64,000 nt of DNA, taken from the NCBI GenBank assembly GCA_024278175.1, contig JAJRTS010000058.1, forward strand, positions 8,693 to 72,692. The letters are read 5' to 3'. Position numbers and translations under genes: made by a program. Source of the stretch: Gemmatimonadales bacterium (GTDB lineage: Bacteria > Gemmatimonadota > Glassbacteria > GWA2-58-10). Below the pieces are notes generated by a model. The model did not search any database. It had not been told where the DNA came from and saw nothing but the letters and a program-made list of their open reading frames with translations. Shown here piece by piece: positions 38,818 to 49,492 of the stretch. Each line of letters opens with the position of its first letter. Positions within the stretch are counted from its first letter, which is position 1.

Positions 38818-40806
38818 ATGAGTAAGGTTATCGGAATCGATCTGGGTACTACCAACAGTTGTGTGGCGGTGATGGAAGGCGGGGACCCGGTGGTTATCCC
38901 TAACGCCGAGGGCAGCCGCACCACGCCGTCGATTGTCGCGTTCAACAAGGAAAACGAGCGGCTGGTGGGCCAGGTGGCCAAGCGTCAGGCAATCACCAAC
39001 CCCGGCAACACCCTGTTCTCGATCAAGCGCTTCATGGGGCGTAAGACCAGCGAAGTGTCCGACGAGCAGCGCAAGGTGCCCTACGAGATCAAGAGTGGCA
39101 AGAACAACGCGGTGGTGGTGCAGGTGCGAGATCAGGATTACAGTCCGCCCGAGATCAGCGCGATGATTCTGCAGAAGATGAAGCAGACCGCCGAGGATTA
39201 TCTGGGAACCAAGGTGGAAAAAGCCGTGGTCACCGTGCCGGCATATTTCAACGACAGCCAGCGTCAGGCCACCAAGGACGCCGGCAAGATCGCCGGCCTG
39301 GATGTGCTGAGGATTATCAACGAGCCCACGGCGGCCAGCCTGGCCTACGGCCTGGACAAGAAAAAGGACGAGCGGATCGCGGTTTATGATCTGGGCGGCG
39401 GCACGTTCGACGTTTCGGTGCTGGAAATCGGCGACGGAGTGTTCGAGGTCAAGAGCACCAACGGCGATACACATCTGGGCGGTGATGATTTCGACCAGCG
39501 GGTGATCGACTGGCTGGTCGAAGAGTTCAAGAAAGATCAGGGGATCGACCTGAGCAAGGACGCGATGGCCCTGCAGCGGCTCAAGGAAGCCGCCGAAAAA
39601 GCCAAATGCGAGCTGAGCAGCACGCCGCAAACCGATATCAACCTGCCGTTTATCACGGCCGACGGCTCGGGGCCCAAGCACCTGAATGTCACGCTCACCC
39701 GCGCCAGGTTCGAGCAGCTTGTCGACGACCTGGTGCAGCGCACGGTGAAACCCTGCCGTAACGCCCTGAAAGATGCCGGGGTGAGCGCAAGCGATATCGA
39801 CGAGGTGATCCTGGTCGGCGGCTCCACCCGCATCCCCAAGGTGCAGGAAGTGGTCAAGGAGTTTTTCGGCAAGGAACCGCACCGCGGGGTCAACCCGGAC
39901 GAGGTGGTGGCCGTGGGCGCGGCGATTCAGGGCGGTGTGCTGGCCGGTGATGTCAAGGACGTGCTGCTGCTCGATGTGACCCCGTTGAGCCTGGGTATCG
40001 AAACCCTGGGTGGCGTGTTCACCAAGCTGATTGAGCGCAACACCACGATCCCGACCCAGAAGAACGAGATTTTCTCAACCGCCGAGAACAGCCAGACAAC
40101 CGTGGAAATCCACGTGTTGCAGGGCGAGCGTGAGATGGCGGTCGACAACCGCACGATCGGCCGGTTCCAGCTCACGGGCCTGCCGCCCGCCCCGCGCGGC
40201 GTGCCGCAGATCGAGGTGGAGTTCGATATCGACGCCAACGGGATCCTGCACGTGGCCGCCAAGGACAAGGCCACCGGCAAGGAGCAGAAAATCCGCATCG
40301 AGGCCTCCAGCGGCCTCAGCGACAGCGAGATCGAAAATATGGTCAAGGACGCCGAGGTCCACGCCTCCGAGGACAAGCAGAAGCGCGAGGAAGTGGAGAC
40401 CCGCAACCGCGCCGACCAGATGGTGTTCGAGACCGAGAAGCAGCTCGGTGAGCTGGGCGACAAGCTGGACGAGGGTGCCAGGGAAAAACTCCAGGAAAAA
40501 CTGGACGCGGCCAGGGAGGCCCTCAAGGGTAGCGACCTGGCGGCGATCAAGAGCAGTCAGGAAGAGCTGACCGCCATCTGGAACGAAACGGCCCAGCAGC
40601 TCTACCAGACCCAGGCGGCTCAGGAAGCGGCAGCCGGCGGAGCCGAAGGCGCCGCCGCTGCTGCGGCAGGCGCGGCAGGCGCCGCGGGTGGTGGAGAACA
40701 ATCCGCAACCAGCTCCACGGACGGGGATGTGGTCGACGCCGACTACGAGGTGGTGGACGATGATGAGAAGGACAAGGGTAAGGGTAAGGGTAAGGACGGG
40801 AAGTAG
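38818..40806 (+). CDS. dnaK: molecular chaperone DnaK (Hsp70)
   Basis: [18 protein letters not shown]..., full Hsp70 motifs, C-terminal Gly/Ala tail. Confidence 0.95.
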   Translation: MSKVIGIDLGTTNSCVAVMEGGDPVVIPNAEGSRTTPSIVAFNKENERLVGQVAKRQAITNPGNTLFSIKRFMGRKTSEVSDEQRKVPYEIKSGKNNAVVVQVRDQDYSPPEISAMILQKMKQTAEDYLGTKVEKAVVTVPAYFNDSQRQATKDAGKIAGLDVLRIINEPTAASLAYGLDKKKDERIAVYDLGGGTFDVSVLEIGDGVFEVKSTNGDTHLGGDDFDQRVIDWLVEEFKKDQGIDLSKDAMALQRLKEAAEKAKCELSSTPQTDINLPFITADGSGPKHLNVTLTRARFEQLVDDLVQRTVKPCRNALKDAGVSASDIDEVILVGGSTRIPKVQEVVKEFFGKEPHRGVNPDEVVAVGAAIQGGVLAGDVKDVLLLDVTPLSLGIETLGGVFTKLIERNTTIPTQKNEIFSTAENSQTTVEIHVLQGEREMAVDNRTIGRFQLTGLPPAPRGVPQIEVEFDIDANGILHVAAKDKATGKEQKIRIEASSGLSDSEIENMVKDAEVHASEDKQKREEVETRNRADQMVFETEKQLGELGDKLDEGAREKLQEKLDAAREALKGSDLAAIKSSQEELTAIWNETAQQLYQTQAAQEAAAGGAEGAAAAAAGAAGAAGGGEQSATSSTDGDVVDADYEVVDDDEKDKGKGKGKDGK

Positions 40807-40815
40807 GCGGCGGAA

Positions 40816-40851
40816 ACAAGCCCCCGCCCGGTTTTCCGAGCGGGGGCTTGG
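40816..40851 (+). terminator. dnaK terminator hairpin
   Basis: AAGCCCCCGC-ccggttttccga-GCGGGGGCTT. Confidence 0.5.
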
Positions 40852-40935
40852 TCAATATAAATCCGCGGAATTGTAATCTAAGACTAACGTGTTTTCTCAT
40901 TATTGTATTTTTCTATACACTGAGGGGAAAAGGAT

Positions 40936-41259
40936 ATGTCGGGATCATTCTCCATTAGCTTTACGCAATCAGAAGTGCTTCTAATCCTTAAAGTATTGAA
41001 GGATTTCAGCTTGGAAGGAAGAGGAAGTATCGATAGTGCATATATTGAAGAAGATGTCTTGGAGAAGTATTTCGATCAATCGGATAAATTCACAGTATTT
41101 AGGAAAATTGTTGAGCCTAAGCAATTATCTAACAAATTACTCAAATTAACGCCTGCAGAGTCCGAGAGACTGGTAGAATTGAGCAATGAATACTCAAAGC
41201 TTTCTGATGGAGTAGACAAGTTAGCTTGGCGGAAAGAGCATTTTAATATTATTGACTAG
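40936..41259 (+). CDS. hypothetical 107-aa protein encoded in an AT-rich islet
   Basis: ORF with GAGGGGAAAAGGA RBS; ~37% GC versus ~65% surroundings; no recognisable domain. Confidence 0.5.
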   Translation: MSGSFSISFTQSEVLLILKVLKDFSLEGRGSIDSAYIEEDVLEKYFDQSDKFTVFRKIVEPKQLSNKLLKLTPAESERLVELSNEYSKLSDGVDKLAWRKEHFNIID

Positions 41260-41362
41260 GATCAGCTAAATAAGTATAACTATTCACTATCTCCATCAAT
41301 ATGGTAGCTATCATAAGAATTGCCGTAGGGCTGCAAAAAACTCTCCGCCTCCCTCCAATCCA

Positions 41363-41392
41363 TTGACACATCACCCCATCCCCTGCTACCAT
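41363..41392 (+). promoter_or_regulatory. sigma70-like promoter TTGACA-N18-TACCAT for the DUF5916 gene
   Basis: Sequence motifs only. Confidence 0.35.
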
Positions 41393-41439
41393 ACACCCAT
41401 CGCTCCCGTAACCCGTTCCATGCAAAAGAGGAAAGCCAT

Positions 41440-43566
41440 TTGCGCCGTTTTTTTATTCTCCCCCTGCTTCTTCTGCTCACAAGCCTGCTTGTCGCCCCAC
41501 CCGCACTGACCGCCCGGCAGTCAGCCCGGCGGACGGCAAAAAATCCCACCCGCTCGATTACCGCTGTCGAAGCCGAGACCCCGCCCACAATCGACGGCCG
41601 TCTGGATGACTCCATCTGGCAGGCGGCTGACTGGCAGGAAAATTTCAGCCAGTTCAAGCCGGACCCCGGCGGAGTCCCTCGCGCCGCCACCCGCGTGGCC
41701 GTGGCCTACGACAACGAGCACATCTACGTGGCTTTCAGGTGTTTTAACCCCACCGGCCCATCGGCCAACAGCACAATAACCGCCCGCGATGGCAACATGG
41801 ACCAGGACAACGCTGTAACGCTCTACCTGGACACCTATTACACCCGCCGCGACTGCTACTATTTCTCCACCAACTCGCTGGGCACCCAGGTGGACGGCCG
41901 GATCGGGCAGGATGGGGCGGCCAACGACAAGAAGTGGGATTGCCCCTGGACCGTGGCCAGCCGGGAGGACAGCGCGGGCTGGAGTTGCGAGATGAAAATC
42001 CCCGTGTCAGAGATGCGTATCCCCAGCGGCGAGGGCCGCGTGTGGGGGATCAATTTCCGCCGCAACTACCCGGAATTTTTCGAGACCAGCTTCTGGCAGC
42101 ACCGGGATGTGGCCTGGCGGATTTCCCAGTCCGGCGACCTGCTGGGCCTGCCCGCGTTCGACAAGCTGTTCTCGGCCACGCTCTACCCGTACGTGGTAGG
42201 CCTGGACTCCGACCCGCCCTCCGCCGGCCGCCGTACCCTGCTCTCATCCGGCGGCAGAGAGCTTGTGGGCGGCGCCGACCTTCGCCTGAAGCTGGGCAAC
42301 TCCGTGGACGGCAATATCACCTATAATCCCGATTTCGCCACTGTCGAGGCCGACCTGACGATTATCAACCTGACTCGCTACGAGACATTTTTCCCGGAGA
42401 AAAGGCTCTATTTCCTCGAGGGCGCCGAACTGTTCAGCCATCCGATCCGCCTGTTTTACAGCCGGCGGATCGGTGATATCGACTGGGGCCTTAAAACCAA
42501 CGGCCGCCTCGGCAAGTTCAACTATGCAGTGCTGGCGGCCGATGAGCGCACGACCGGCGATGACCCGGCGGCCCATACGGAGGCGTTCCGGCTCCAGCGC
42601 GACATTTTCGGTTCCTCGAATATCGGCTTCACCGCTGTCAGCCGCACCTGGAACGGCGGCTATGCCCGTGTGCTCAGCAGCGACGCCACCCTGAACTTCA
42701 GCCCGCGCACCAGAATGCGCGGTCAGTTAGTGGGCAGCTTCCCTTCCGGGGGCGGGGAAGCAACCGGAGCCGGGATGGTCGAGTTGACCCACGACACGGG
42801 TTTGCGCAGCTACACCTTGTCCTACAGGAACCTTGAGCCGGGCTTTATGGACAATGTCAACAGGGTCGGGTTCATCCAGGACGACAACCGCCACGACCTC
42901 TCGGCCCGGGCCGGGGGAGAGATCTGGATCAACCGGGGGATTCTGGATAAACTGAATTACAACCAGAACAACAACGTGGTCTGGGGCTATGATGGCGCGC
43001 TGCGGCGAGTGCAGGTGGGCGGCTGGGTAGGTGTGACTTTCCTGGGCAACCTGATGGTCGGTTTTTCCAAAAACTACGAAACAGAGCTTTTCGAAAAACG
43101 TCTCCGCAACTCGACCCGGCTTGTGGAAGGCGGCTGGAACCAACAAAGCTGGAACAATGTGGGACTGCTTCATGTCTGGGGACGCAATTTCGATCGCGAT
43201 TTTCACCGTACCCGGTTACGGGGTGCTTTCAAACCGCTGGATAATCTTTCACTCAGCGCGGGTGTTACCCGGTTGCGGTTCTCGCCCGACACCACCGGCC
43301 AGGGGACCGATCTCTATAACCTGAGCGCCGATTACAATTTTACCCCCGATCTCTGGCTGCGTCTTACCAGCCAGTACAACTCCAACAACAACAGGCTCTA
43401 TTTCTACGGCCTGTTCGGCTGGCGGTTCAGCCCGCCGTTCGGCGCGCTGTACGTGGCCTACACCGCCGACCGGTTCGAAATGCTCAGCAGCGAACTGAAC
43501 AGGATAACAGGCCGCCGCGACCGGGCGCTGTTTATCAAACTCACCGTGCCCCTCTCGATTTATTGA
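41440..43566 (+). CDS. secreted DUF5916/carbohydrate-binding family 9-like domain protein
   Basis: Signal peptide; CBM9-like N-terminal part then beta-rich DUF5916-like region; TTG start with AGAGGAAAG RBS. Confidence 0.65.
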   Translation: MRRFFILPLLLLLTSLLVAPPALTARQSARRTAKNPTRSITAVEAETPPTIDGRLDDSIWQAADWQENFSQFKPDPGGVPRAATRVAVAYDNEHIYVAFRCFNPTGPSANSTITARDGNMDQDNAVTLYLDTYYTRRDCYYFSTNSLGTQVDGRIGQDGAANDKKWDCPWTVASREDSAGWSCEMKIPVSEMRIPSGEGRVWGINFRRNYPEFFETSFWQHRDVAWRISQSGDLLGLPAFDKLFSATLYPYVVGLDSDPPSAGRRTLLSSGGRELVGGADLRLKLGNSVDGNITYNPDFATVEADLTIINLTRYETFFPEKRLYFLEGAELFSHPIRLFYSRRIGDIDWGLKTNGRLGKFNYAVLAADERTTGDDPAAHTEAFRLQRDIFGSSNIGFTAVSRTWNGGYARVLSSDATLNFSPRTRMRGQLVGSFPSGGGEATGAGMVELTHDTGLRSYTLSYRNLEPGFMDNVNRVGFIQDDNRHDLSARAGGEIWINRGILDKLNYNQNNNVVWGYDGALRRVQVGGWVGVTFLGNLMVGFSKNYETELFEKRLRNSTRLVEGGWNQQSWNNVGLLHVWGRNFDRDFHRTRLRGAFKPLDNLSLSAGVTRLRFSPDTTGQGTDLYNLSADYNFTPDLWLRLTSQYNSNNNRLYFYGLFGWRFSPPFGALYVAYTADRFEMLSSELNRITGRRDRALFIKLTVPLSIY

Positions 43567-43632
43567 GCCTTTTCTGCTATAATCACAGGAACATCAGCCC
43601 TGAATGCCGGGATATTAACCAAGGAGCACCGG

Positions 43633-44646
43633 ATGAAAACGCTGTTACCCCTGTGTCTGCTCGTCGCTCTGCTGGCCGCGGCGCCGCTTGCGGCCAGCTC
43701 GGCCGCCTGGCCGGATTACCGCCTTCGCGGCGCGAATATCGTCACCCGGATTACCCAAGACGACATTGACCACTTCGTCAACGACTGGGGCGGTAACTCG
43801 GTGCGGATTCTGGTAAACAATCTGGTGCCGCCCCCGCCCGCCTGGCCGGACCCGGAAAAAATGGCCGCGCTGTTCCGCACGCTCGATATCTGCCTGGACG
43901 CCGGGCTGTACACGATCCTCTCGTTCAGCGCGGCGTTCGAGGACAACAACGCCTTTTTTAGCGACGAAGCCTACATGGCCGCCTACCTGGATTGCTGGCG
44001 CACGGTGGTGGGCCGCTACGCCGCTGATCCCCGCCCGGTGGCCTGGGACCTGATGAACGAGCCTCATGATAGTTTGGCGAACACTCGTTGGTTGCCGTTT
44101 GCAAAAAAACTCACCGCCGCGGTGCGCGAACTCGACACCCTGCACACGATCGTAATCGAACCGCCGGGCTGGGGTTGGCCCTACGGTTTCGAGCACATGC
44201 GGCCCACGGGCGATAAGAATACGGTCTACAGTTTTCACTTCTACGGACCGATGGATTTCACCCATCAGCGCAACGGCGGGATGCTCAAGGCCACGGAAAA
44301 ACAGTGGCTGGAGCGCGAGTACCCCGGCCATATCCAGGGCGAGTTCTGGGACAGGGCCACAATCCGCCGTCACCTTCAGCCCTCCCTGGACTGGCGCGAC
44401 AAGTACGGGGTCAGGCTCTGGTGCGGAGAGTTCGGCTGCACGCGCTGGGCCGTGGGCGCGGACCAGTGGACAAGGGACATGATCTCGATAGTGGAAGAAG
44501 AGAAGTTGGGTTGGTCGTGGTACGCCTACCGCGAGTGGTACCCGATGGATATCGAGATGGACCCGGCCGCGCGCCTGGAGCGTACCGAACGCACGGAAAC
44601 CGCTCTGGTGAGATATTTCAAGGAACTGTTCCGGCACAAGGACTGA
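43633..44646 (+). CDS. glycoside hydrolase family 5 (cellulase-like) secreted enzyme
   Basis: Signal peptide; NEP catalytic motif (WDLMNEPH), GEFG nucleophile region. Confidence 0.8.
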   Translation: MKTLLPLCLLVALLAAAPLAASSAAWPDYRLRGANIVTRITQDDIDHFVNDWGGNSVRILVNNLVPPPPAWPDPEKMAALFRTLDICLDAGLYTILSFSAAFEDNNAFFSDEAYMAAYLDCWRTVVGRYAADPRPVAWDLMNEPHDSLANTRWLPFAKKLTAAVRELDTLHTIVIEPPGWGWPYGFEHMRPTGDKNTVYSFHFYGPMDFTHQRNGGMLKATEKQWLEREYPGHIQGEFWDRATIRRHLQPSLDWRDKYGVRLWCGEFGCTRWAVGADQWTRDMISIVEEEKLGWSWYAYREWYPMDIEMDPAARLERTERTETALVRYFKELFRHKD

Positions 44647-44648
44647 TA

Positions 44649-45188
44649 ATGGTGGGAAAGCAATCAGTGGGAAAAGGCGGGATAGTGGTCAATCTCGGCT
44701 GCGGCAACACTAAGCAGCCGGGCCAGATCGGCCTGGATCGCTACCGGTCCACCCAGGCCGACCTGCTGGCTGAGCTTGCCGAGGGCCTGCCGCTGGCCGA
44801 TAGCAGCGTGGACGCCGTAGTGGCCGAGCATCTTCTGGAGCATGTGCCTGACCTGGTGCGGCTGATGGAGGAGATCTATCGCGTGCTGGTTCCCGGCGGA
44901 GTGCTGAGTGTCGAGGTACCCTATTTTGCCCATCCCGATGCTTTCCGCGACCCCACGCACGTCCGGTTTTTTACCTTCGGCAGTCTCGATTATTTTGTCG
45001 ATGGGATGAAACCAGCGTCATATACGGATGTAAGATTTAACTACATGAGCAGGGAACTTGGTTTCGGCAAGGGATTTCGCGCCGGAGCGGGCCGGGTGCT
45101 GGCGAGGCTGAACCCTCACGGTTACGAGAAATACTGGGCCCGGTCGTTTCCGGCCAGGGTGCTGCGCGCGGAACTGGAAAAAGTTTAG
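44649..45188 (+). CDS. class I SAM-dependent methyltransferase (Methyltransf_11-like)
   Basis: VNLGCG SAM motif, LPLADSSVDAVVAEH, VLVPGG; ATG 44649 right after the GH5 stop. Confidence 0.75.
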   Translation: MVGKQSVGKGGIVVNLGCGNTKQPGQIGLDRYRSTQADLLAELAEGLPLADSSVDAVVAEHLLEHVPDLVRLMEEIYRVLVPGGVLSVEVPYFAHPDAFRDPTHVRFFTFGSLDYFVDGMKPASYTDVRFNYMSRELGFGKGFRAGAGRVLARLNPHGYEKYWARSFPARVLRAELEKV

Positions 45189-45499
45189 GGACTAACTTGC
45201 AATCCGCCCGGATGGTCAATATCGTAAATAGTAGTGCGGATGAAGCAGTTACCCCGGAAAAAGTTGACTAACTAACAAGCGGGCACTATTTTTTTAGCTG
45301 TAGGAATAGCGGTTATCTAGCGGTTTAACCGAATCTTTTTCCGTAACTGGCGCTGGTATCGTCCATTGGCTTATTCATCGGGCGCAGTTCAGGTTCCGGG
45401 CGCCGGTTTCCTTTGACCAGTCACGCCAACCGTGTCACACCCAGCGGTCCAGCATCCGGGCCGGGGGAAGTATTAATTTTTCTTCAGGAGTTAAGTACT

Positions 45500-45871
45500 A
45501 TGCCTCGCGGAAAAGTCAAATGGTTTAACGACGCCAAAGGCTACGGATTCATCGAGCAGGAATCGGGTAGCGACATTTTTGTTCATTACACTGCAATTAC
45601 CATGGAGGGTTTCAAGACCCTGGCCGAGAACCAGGCTGTCGAGTACGAGGTGGTGGAGGGCCCGCGCGGTCCCCAGGCCGCCAACGTGTCCGCGGCCGAG
45701 GACGATGCCGACGGCGCAGAGTCCGCCGATGACGTCGGACAGTCCGCTGACGAGTCTGAAGCCGAAGCCGAAGAAGATGATGATCAGGACGACGGCGAAG
45801 AAGCAGAAGCAGAAGAAGTAGAAGAAGCAACAGCAGAAGAAGAAGAAGAAGCAACAGAAGAAGAAAGCTAA
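45500..45871 (+). CDS. cold-shock-domain protein with ~57-aa poly-acidic C-terminal tail
   Basis: [20 protein letters not shown]...RNP1/RNP2 motifs, then E/D/A-rich tail; long 5'UTR; CAGGAG RBS. Confidence 0.85.
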   Translation: MPRGKVKWFNDAKGYGFIEQESGSDIFVHYTAITMEGFKTLAENQAVEYEVVEGPRGPQAANVSAAEDDADGAESADDVGQSADESEAEAEEDDDQDDGEEAEAEEVEEATAEEEEEATEEES

Positions 45872-45894
45872 TAATAATATTTGTTGAGTCTACA

Positions 45895-45939
45895 GAGGCG
45901 GCGGCCGGTGAGTTGATCACTCGCCGCCGCCGTTTTTTT
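45895..45939 (+). terminator. rho-independent terminator after csp
   Basis: GAGGCGGCGGCCGGTG...CTCGCCGCCGCCG plus T8. Confidence 0.55.
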
Positions 45940-46184
45940 ATCCCGCCCGTTGTGCCGCAAATGGGGTATGAATGCCTTATTAGTTCCATCCTCTCCGGCG
46001 TGGCTGTATCGGCCGCTGCTTGCCAACCTCCTTCCGGCAAGGGTCTTTACCGGCGGCAGTGGTTTGGGAAATGCTCTGGCACGGGCCTTGTAAAGGATAA
46101 TTCAGCGGTCCCTGCCGTTACCCGCCCTCCCGGGGGCCCGGCGATGGATTGCACCCCCTCACAACTTGCAGGAGCGGGAACCGG

Positions 46185-47126
46185 ATGATACAACTCGACA
46201 GGGTTAACAAGTTCTACGGTGATCTGCACGCGCTCAAGGACATCACCTTCCGGATTAACAAGGGAGAGATTGTCGGTTTTCTCGGGCCCAACGGTGCGGG
46301 CAAGACCACCACGATGAAAATCCTCAATGGCTTCATGCCCGCCAGCAGCGGCAGCGCCGAGGTCGCCGGCTTCCAGGCGGACAAAGATCCGCTGGAAATA
46401 AAGCGGCGGATTGGATACCTGCCGGAAAATGTGTCGCTCTACATGGACATGACTGTCAACGAATACCTTCGTTTCGTGGCCAGAGCCAAGCGCGTGCCGC
46501 GCCGTGAGTTGCGCGCCAAGGTGGACCGCGTGGCGGGCCAGTGCGGCCTGACCGATGTCACCAACCGGCTGATCGGCAGCCTCAGCAAGGGCTACCGCCA
46601 GCGGGTCGGCCTGGCCCAGTCCATTGTCAGCGACCCGGAAGTGCTGATCATGGACGAGCCCACAACCGGGCTGGACCCGGCCCAGATAGTGGAGATCCGC
46701 AACCTGATCAAATCGTTCGCCGGTGAGCACACGATTATCCTCAGCACCCACATTCTCCAGGAAGTGAGCGCCATCTGCGAGCGCGTGATCATTATCAACG
46801 ACGGCCGGATCGTGACCGAGGACTCGCTGGAAAACCTCACCCGTTCGGCGGACAAGGGCGGCAACGTGCTGGTACGCGTGCAGGGTGATATCGCGGCTCT
46901 GCGTAAGTGCCTCCAGCAGCTCGATGGCGTGACCGGGGTGCGCGAGACCGGGGAAAGGGCCGCCGGGGACGAGTGGGAACTGCTGGTGGCGGCCGACAAG
47001 GACAGCGACATCCGCCGCGCCGTGGCCGAGAGTGTTGTCGGGGCCGGCTGCGGGCTGCTTGAGCTGAGGCCGATCAGGCTCAGCCTGGAGGAGATTTACA
47101 TCCAGACTATCACCCGGAACGCTTAG
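46185..47126 (+). CDS. gldA: gliding-motility-type ABC transporter ATP-binding protein GldA-like
   Basis: Walker A GPNGAGKTT, signature LSKGYRQRV, Walker B LIMDEPT; followed by ABC-2 permease. Confidence 0.8.
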   Translation: MIQLDRVNKFYGDLHALKDITFRINKGEIVGFLGPNGAGKTTTMKILNGFMPASSGSAEVAGFQADKDPLEIKRRIGYLPENVSLYMDMTVNEYLRFVARAKRVPRRELRAKVDRVAGQCGLTDVTNRLIGSLSKGYRQRVGLAQSIVSDPEVLIMDEPTTGLDPAQIVEIRNLIKSFAGEHTIILSTHILQEVSAICERVIIINDGRIVTEDSLENLTRSADKGGNVLVRVQGDIAALRKCLQQLDGVTGVRETGERAAGDEWELLVAADKDSDIRRAVAESVVGAGCGLLELRPIRLSLEEIYIQTITRNA

Positions 47127-47141
47127 GAGAGCCGACGTACG

Positions 47142-47888
47142 ATGAACTTTCTACCTGTATACGTCAGGGAACTGCGCAGCTATTTCACCTCGCCCGTGGC
47201 CTACGTGGTGATGTTGTTCTTCCTGCTGCTGACCGGTGTGTTTTTCATGGTCTTTGTCGGCGATTTCAGCATGGCCTCGATGAATCCGAATCCCTATGGA
47301 GGGGCGCGTTCGCTGAATGTCACCCAGGCCGTGGTGCGGCCGTTGCTGGGCAACATGAGCGTTATCCTGCTGTTCGTCATGCCGCTGATCACGATGAAGC
47401 CGTTCGCCGAGGAGAAAAAGTCAGGCACCGCCGAGTTGCTTTTTACCTTTCCGCTCAGCGACCTGGACCTGCTGCTGGGCAAGTACCTGGCGGCGTTGAG
47501 CCTGTTTGCGGCGATGTTGGCCCTGACGCTGATCTTCCCCATGTTTATCGCCATCTACTCGGAGCCTGAGATGGGCACGCTGATCAGCGGATACCTGGGA
47601 CTGGTGCTGATGAGTATGGCGTTTATCGCCCTGGGCCTGTTTATCTCCTCGCTGACCGAGAACCAGATTATCGCGGCTATCGCCACGTTCGCCATGCTGC
47701 TCATTTTCTGGATTATCCAGTGGACCGGCAATAACCCGGTGCTGCGCCATCTCTCGGTGCTGGAGCATTTCAACAATTTCGCCCAGGGTCTGATCGACAC
47801 GCGCGACGTGGTCTACTACCTCAGCTTCACGCTTTTGTGGATGTTTCTCACGCTACGGGTGCTGGAATCGAAAAAGTGGAGAGGATAG
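47142..47888 (+). CDS. gldF: ABC-2 family permease GldF-like
   Basis: 248 aa 6-TM ABC-2 permease downstream of gldA. Confidence 0.75.
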   Translation: MNFLPVYVRELRSYFTSPVAYVVMLFFLLLTGVFFMVFVGDFSMASMNPNPYGGARSLNVTQAVVRPLLGNMSVILLFVMPLITMKPFAEEKKSGTAELLFTFPLSDLDLLLGKYLAALSLFAAMLALTLIFPMFIAIYSEPEMGTLISGYLGLVLMSMAFIALGLFISSLTENQIIAAIATFAMLLIFWIIQWTGNNPVLRHLSVLEHFNNFAQGLIDTRDVVYYLSFTLLWMFLTLRVLESKKWRG

Positions 47889-47893
47889 CATAA

Positions 47894-49492
47894 ATGGCTG
47901 CCAGTAAATTCGCATTGTTCGTTGCAGGGGTGCTGCTGCTGATCGCCGGCTACATCCTCCAGACAGTTCAGCTTGGGCTGGGTCTCTGGCCCGTGCTGGC
48001 CTACGGCGCGGGAGTGGCCCTGCTGGGTTGGTATGTGGTTGCCAACCGCTCTGAACTGCTGAAGATAATCACCGGGCGCGGAACGCGTTACGGCGCGGCC
48101 AGCCTGGCGATGACGGTCGGCTTTATCGGGATCCTGGTGATGGCTGCCCTGCTCAGTGAAAAACATCACTACCGCCTGGACCTGACCGAGAGCCAGACCC
48201 ACACTATCGCCCTGCAGAGCAGGCAGATGCTCGACAAGCTGGAGCAGGACACCCTTAATCTGAAAATGTACGTGTTCTACCGCGGCGAGTCCGGCCTGCG
48301 CAGCAAGCAGGGCCTGACCGACCTGCTGGACACATATAAATACTACAGCGATCGCTTCAGCTACGAGCTGGTGGATATCGACCGCAACCCGCTGCTGGCC
48401 ATGCAACTGGGGATTACCAGCACCAGCGCGATGATTCTCACCTACGGCGAGCGCCAGGAGAAAATCTACTCCGAGCAGGAAGCCAAGATCACCCAGGCTA
48501 TCGCCGGCCTGCTGGACTCCGGCACGGCGGCGGGCCGGGCCGGGACGATGTTCTACCTCACCGGTCACGGAGAGCCCTCGCTCCAGCCCAGCGAGGGCTA
48601 CAGCATGAGCGAGGCTGCCGCCGCGATCAAAGAACAGCTCGGCCCGGTGAGCAAGCTGGTGCTGGCCGGCGGACAGAGCGTGCCGGACACGGCCGAGGTG
48701 CTGATTGTCGCCGGACCCCGGACCGACCTTCTGCCCGCTGAGTTGAGTGCCATCGAGCGCTATCTCGCAGGCGGCGGCAGCGTGCTGTTCATGGTCGAGC
48801 CGTACATGGCCGATTCGCTGGGCGCGTTCCTGGCCCGCTACGGCGTAGCAGTGGGCAACGATGTGGTGATCGACATGCTCAAGGGTGCGCCGGGCACGCC
48901 GTTCGCATTTCTTGCCGACGACTACCCGGCCCACGATATCACCCGTTTTTTCGAGGTCGGGGCCGTGTTCGACATGGCTCGCTCGGTTAAGCCGGCCGAT
49001 CCGCCGGTAGCGGGGGCCACGGTGAATATCCTGGTGCGCAGCAGCGATAAGAGCGTGGCCGAGAGCGACCCGCAAAAGCTGCAGGCCGATTTCGGCGCGG
49101 TGGTGGACAGCGCGATGAATAACGGCGCGCCCGTGCCGCTGGCCGTGGCGGTAACGCTTTCGGGTAAACCTGGTTCTCCCGCTGACTCGACTGTTGCCGG
49201 TCAGGGTGCGGACGGTAAAAAATCGCGGCTGGTGGTGTTCGGCGACCGTCACCTGTTTATCGACGGCTACCTGGGCCAGCTCGGCAACCGCGACCTTCTG
49301 CTCAACACTCTGCGCTGGCTGGGCGGCCAGGCCGATGAGATCACGATTGCCCCCAAACAGAGCGCCGACACTCCGCTCGTGCTGCGCGAGGGGCAGTTGA
49401 TGCTGATCTCGCTGGTGAGCGTGGTGGTCCTGCCGCTGGTTGTTATTTTCATCGGCGTTTTCGTCTGGCTTCGCAGGAGGGCCAAGCGATGA
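47894..49492 (+). CDS. gldG: GldG-family ABC transporter auxiliary component
   Basis: N- and C-terminal TM anchors with large periplasmic domain; gldA-gldF-gldG order. Confidence 0.75.
   Translation: MAASKFALFVAGVLLLIAGYILQTVQLGLGLWPVLAYGAGVALLGWYVVANRSELLKIITGRGTRYGAASLAMTVGFIGILVMAALLSEKHHYRLDLTESQTHTIALQSRQMLDKLEQDTLNLKMYVFYRGESGLRSKQGLTDLLDTYKYYSDRFSYELVDIDRNPLLAMQLGITSTSAMILTYGERQEKIYSEQEAKITQAIAGLLDSGTAAGRAGTMFYLTGHGEPSLQPSEGYSMSEAAAAIKEQLGPVSKLVLAGGQSVPDTAEVLIVAGPRTDLLPAELSAIERYLAGGGSVLFMVEPYMADSLGAFLARYGVAVGNDVVIDMLKGAPGTPFAFLADDYPAHDITRFFEVGAVFDMARSVKPADPPVAGATVNILVRSSDKSVAESDPQKLQADFGAVVDSAMNNGAPVPLAVAVTLSGKPGSPADSTVAGQGADGKKSRLVVFGDRHLFIDGYLGQLGNRDLLLNTLRWLGGQADEITIAPKQSADTPLVLREGQLMLISLVSVVVLPLVVIFIGVFVWLRRRAKR

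Noticed and set aside
45612-46040. Minus-strand ORF with a 22-residue poly-Leu run
   Set aside because: Antisense reading of the GAA/GAG-rich acidic tail of the cold-shock gene.
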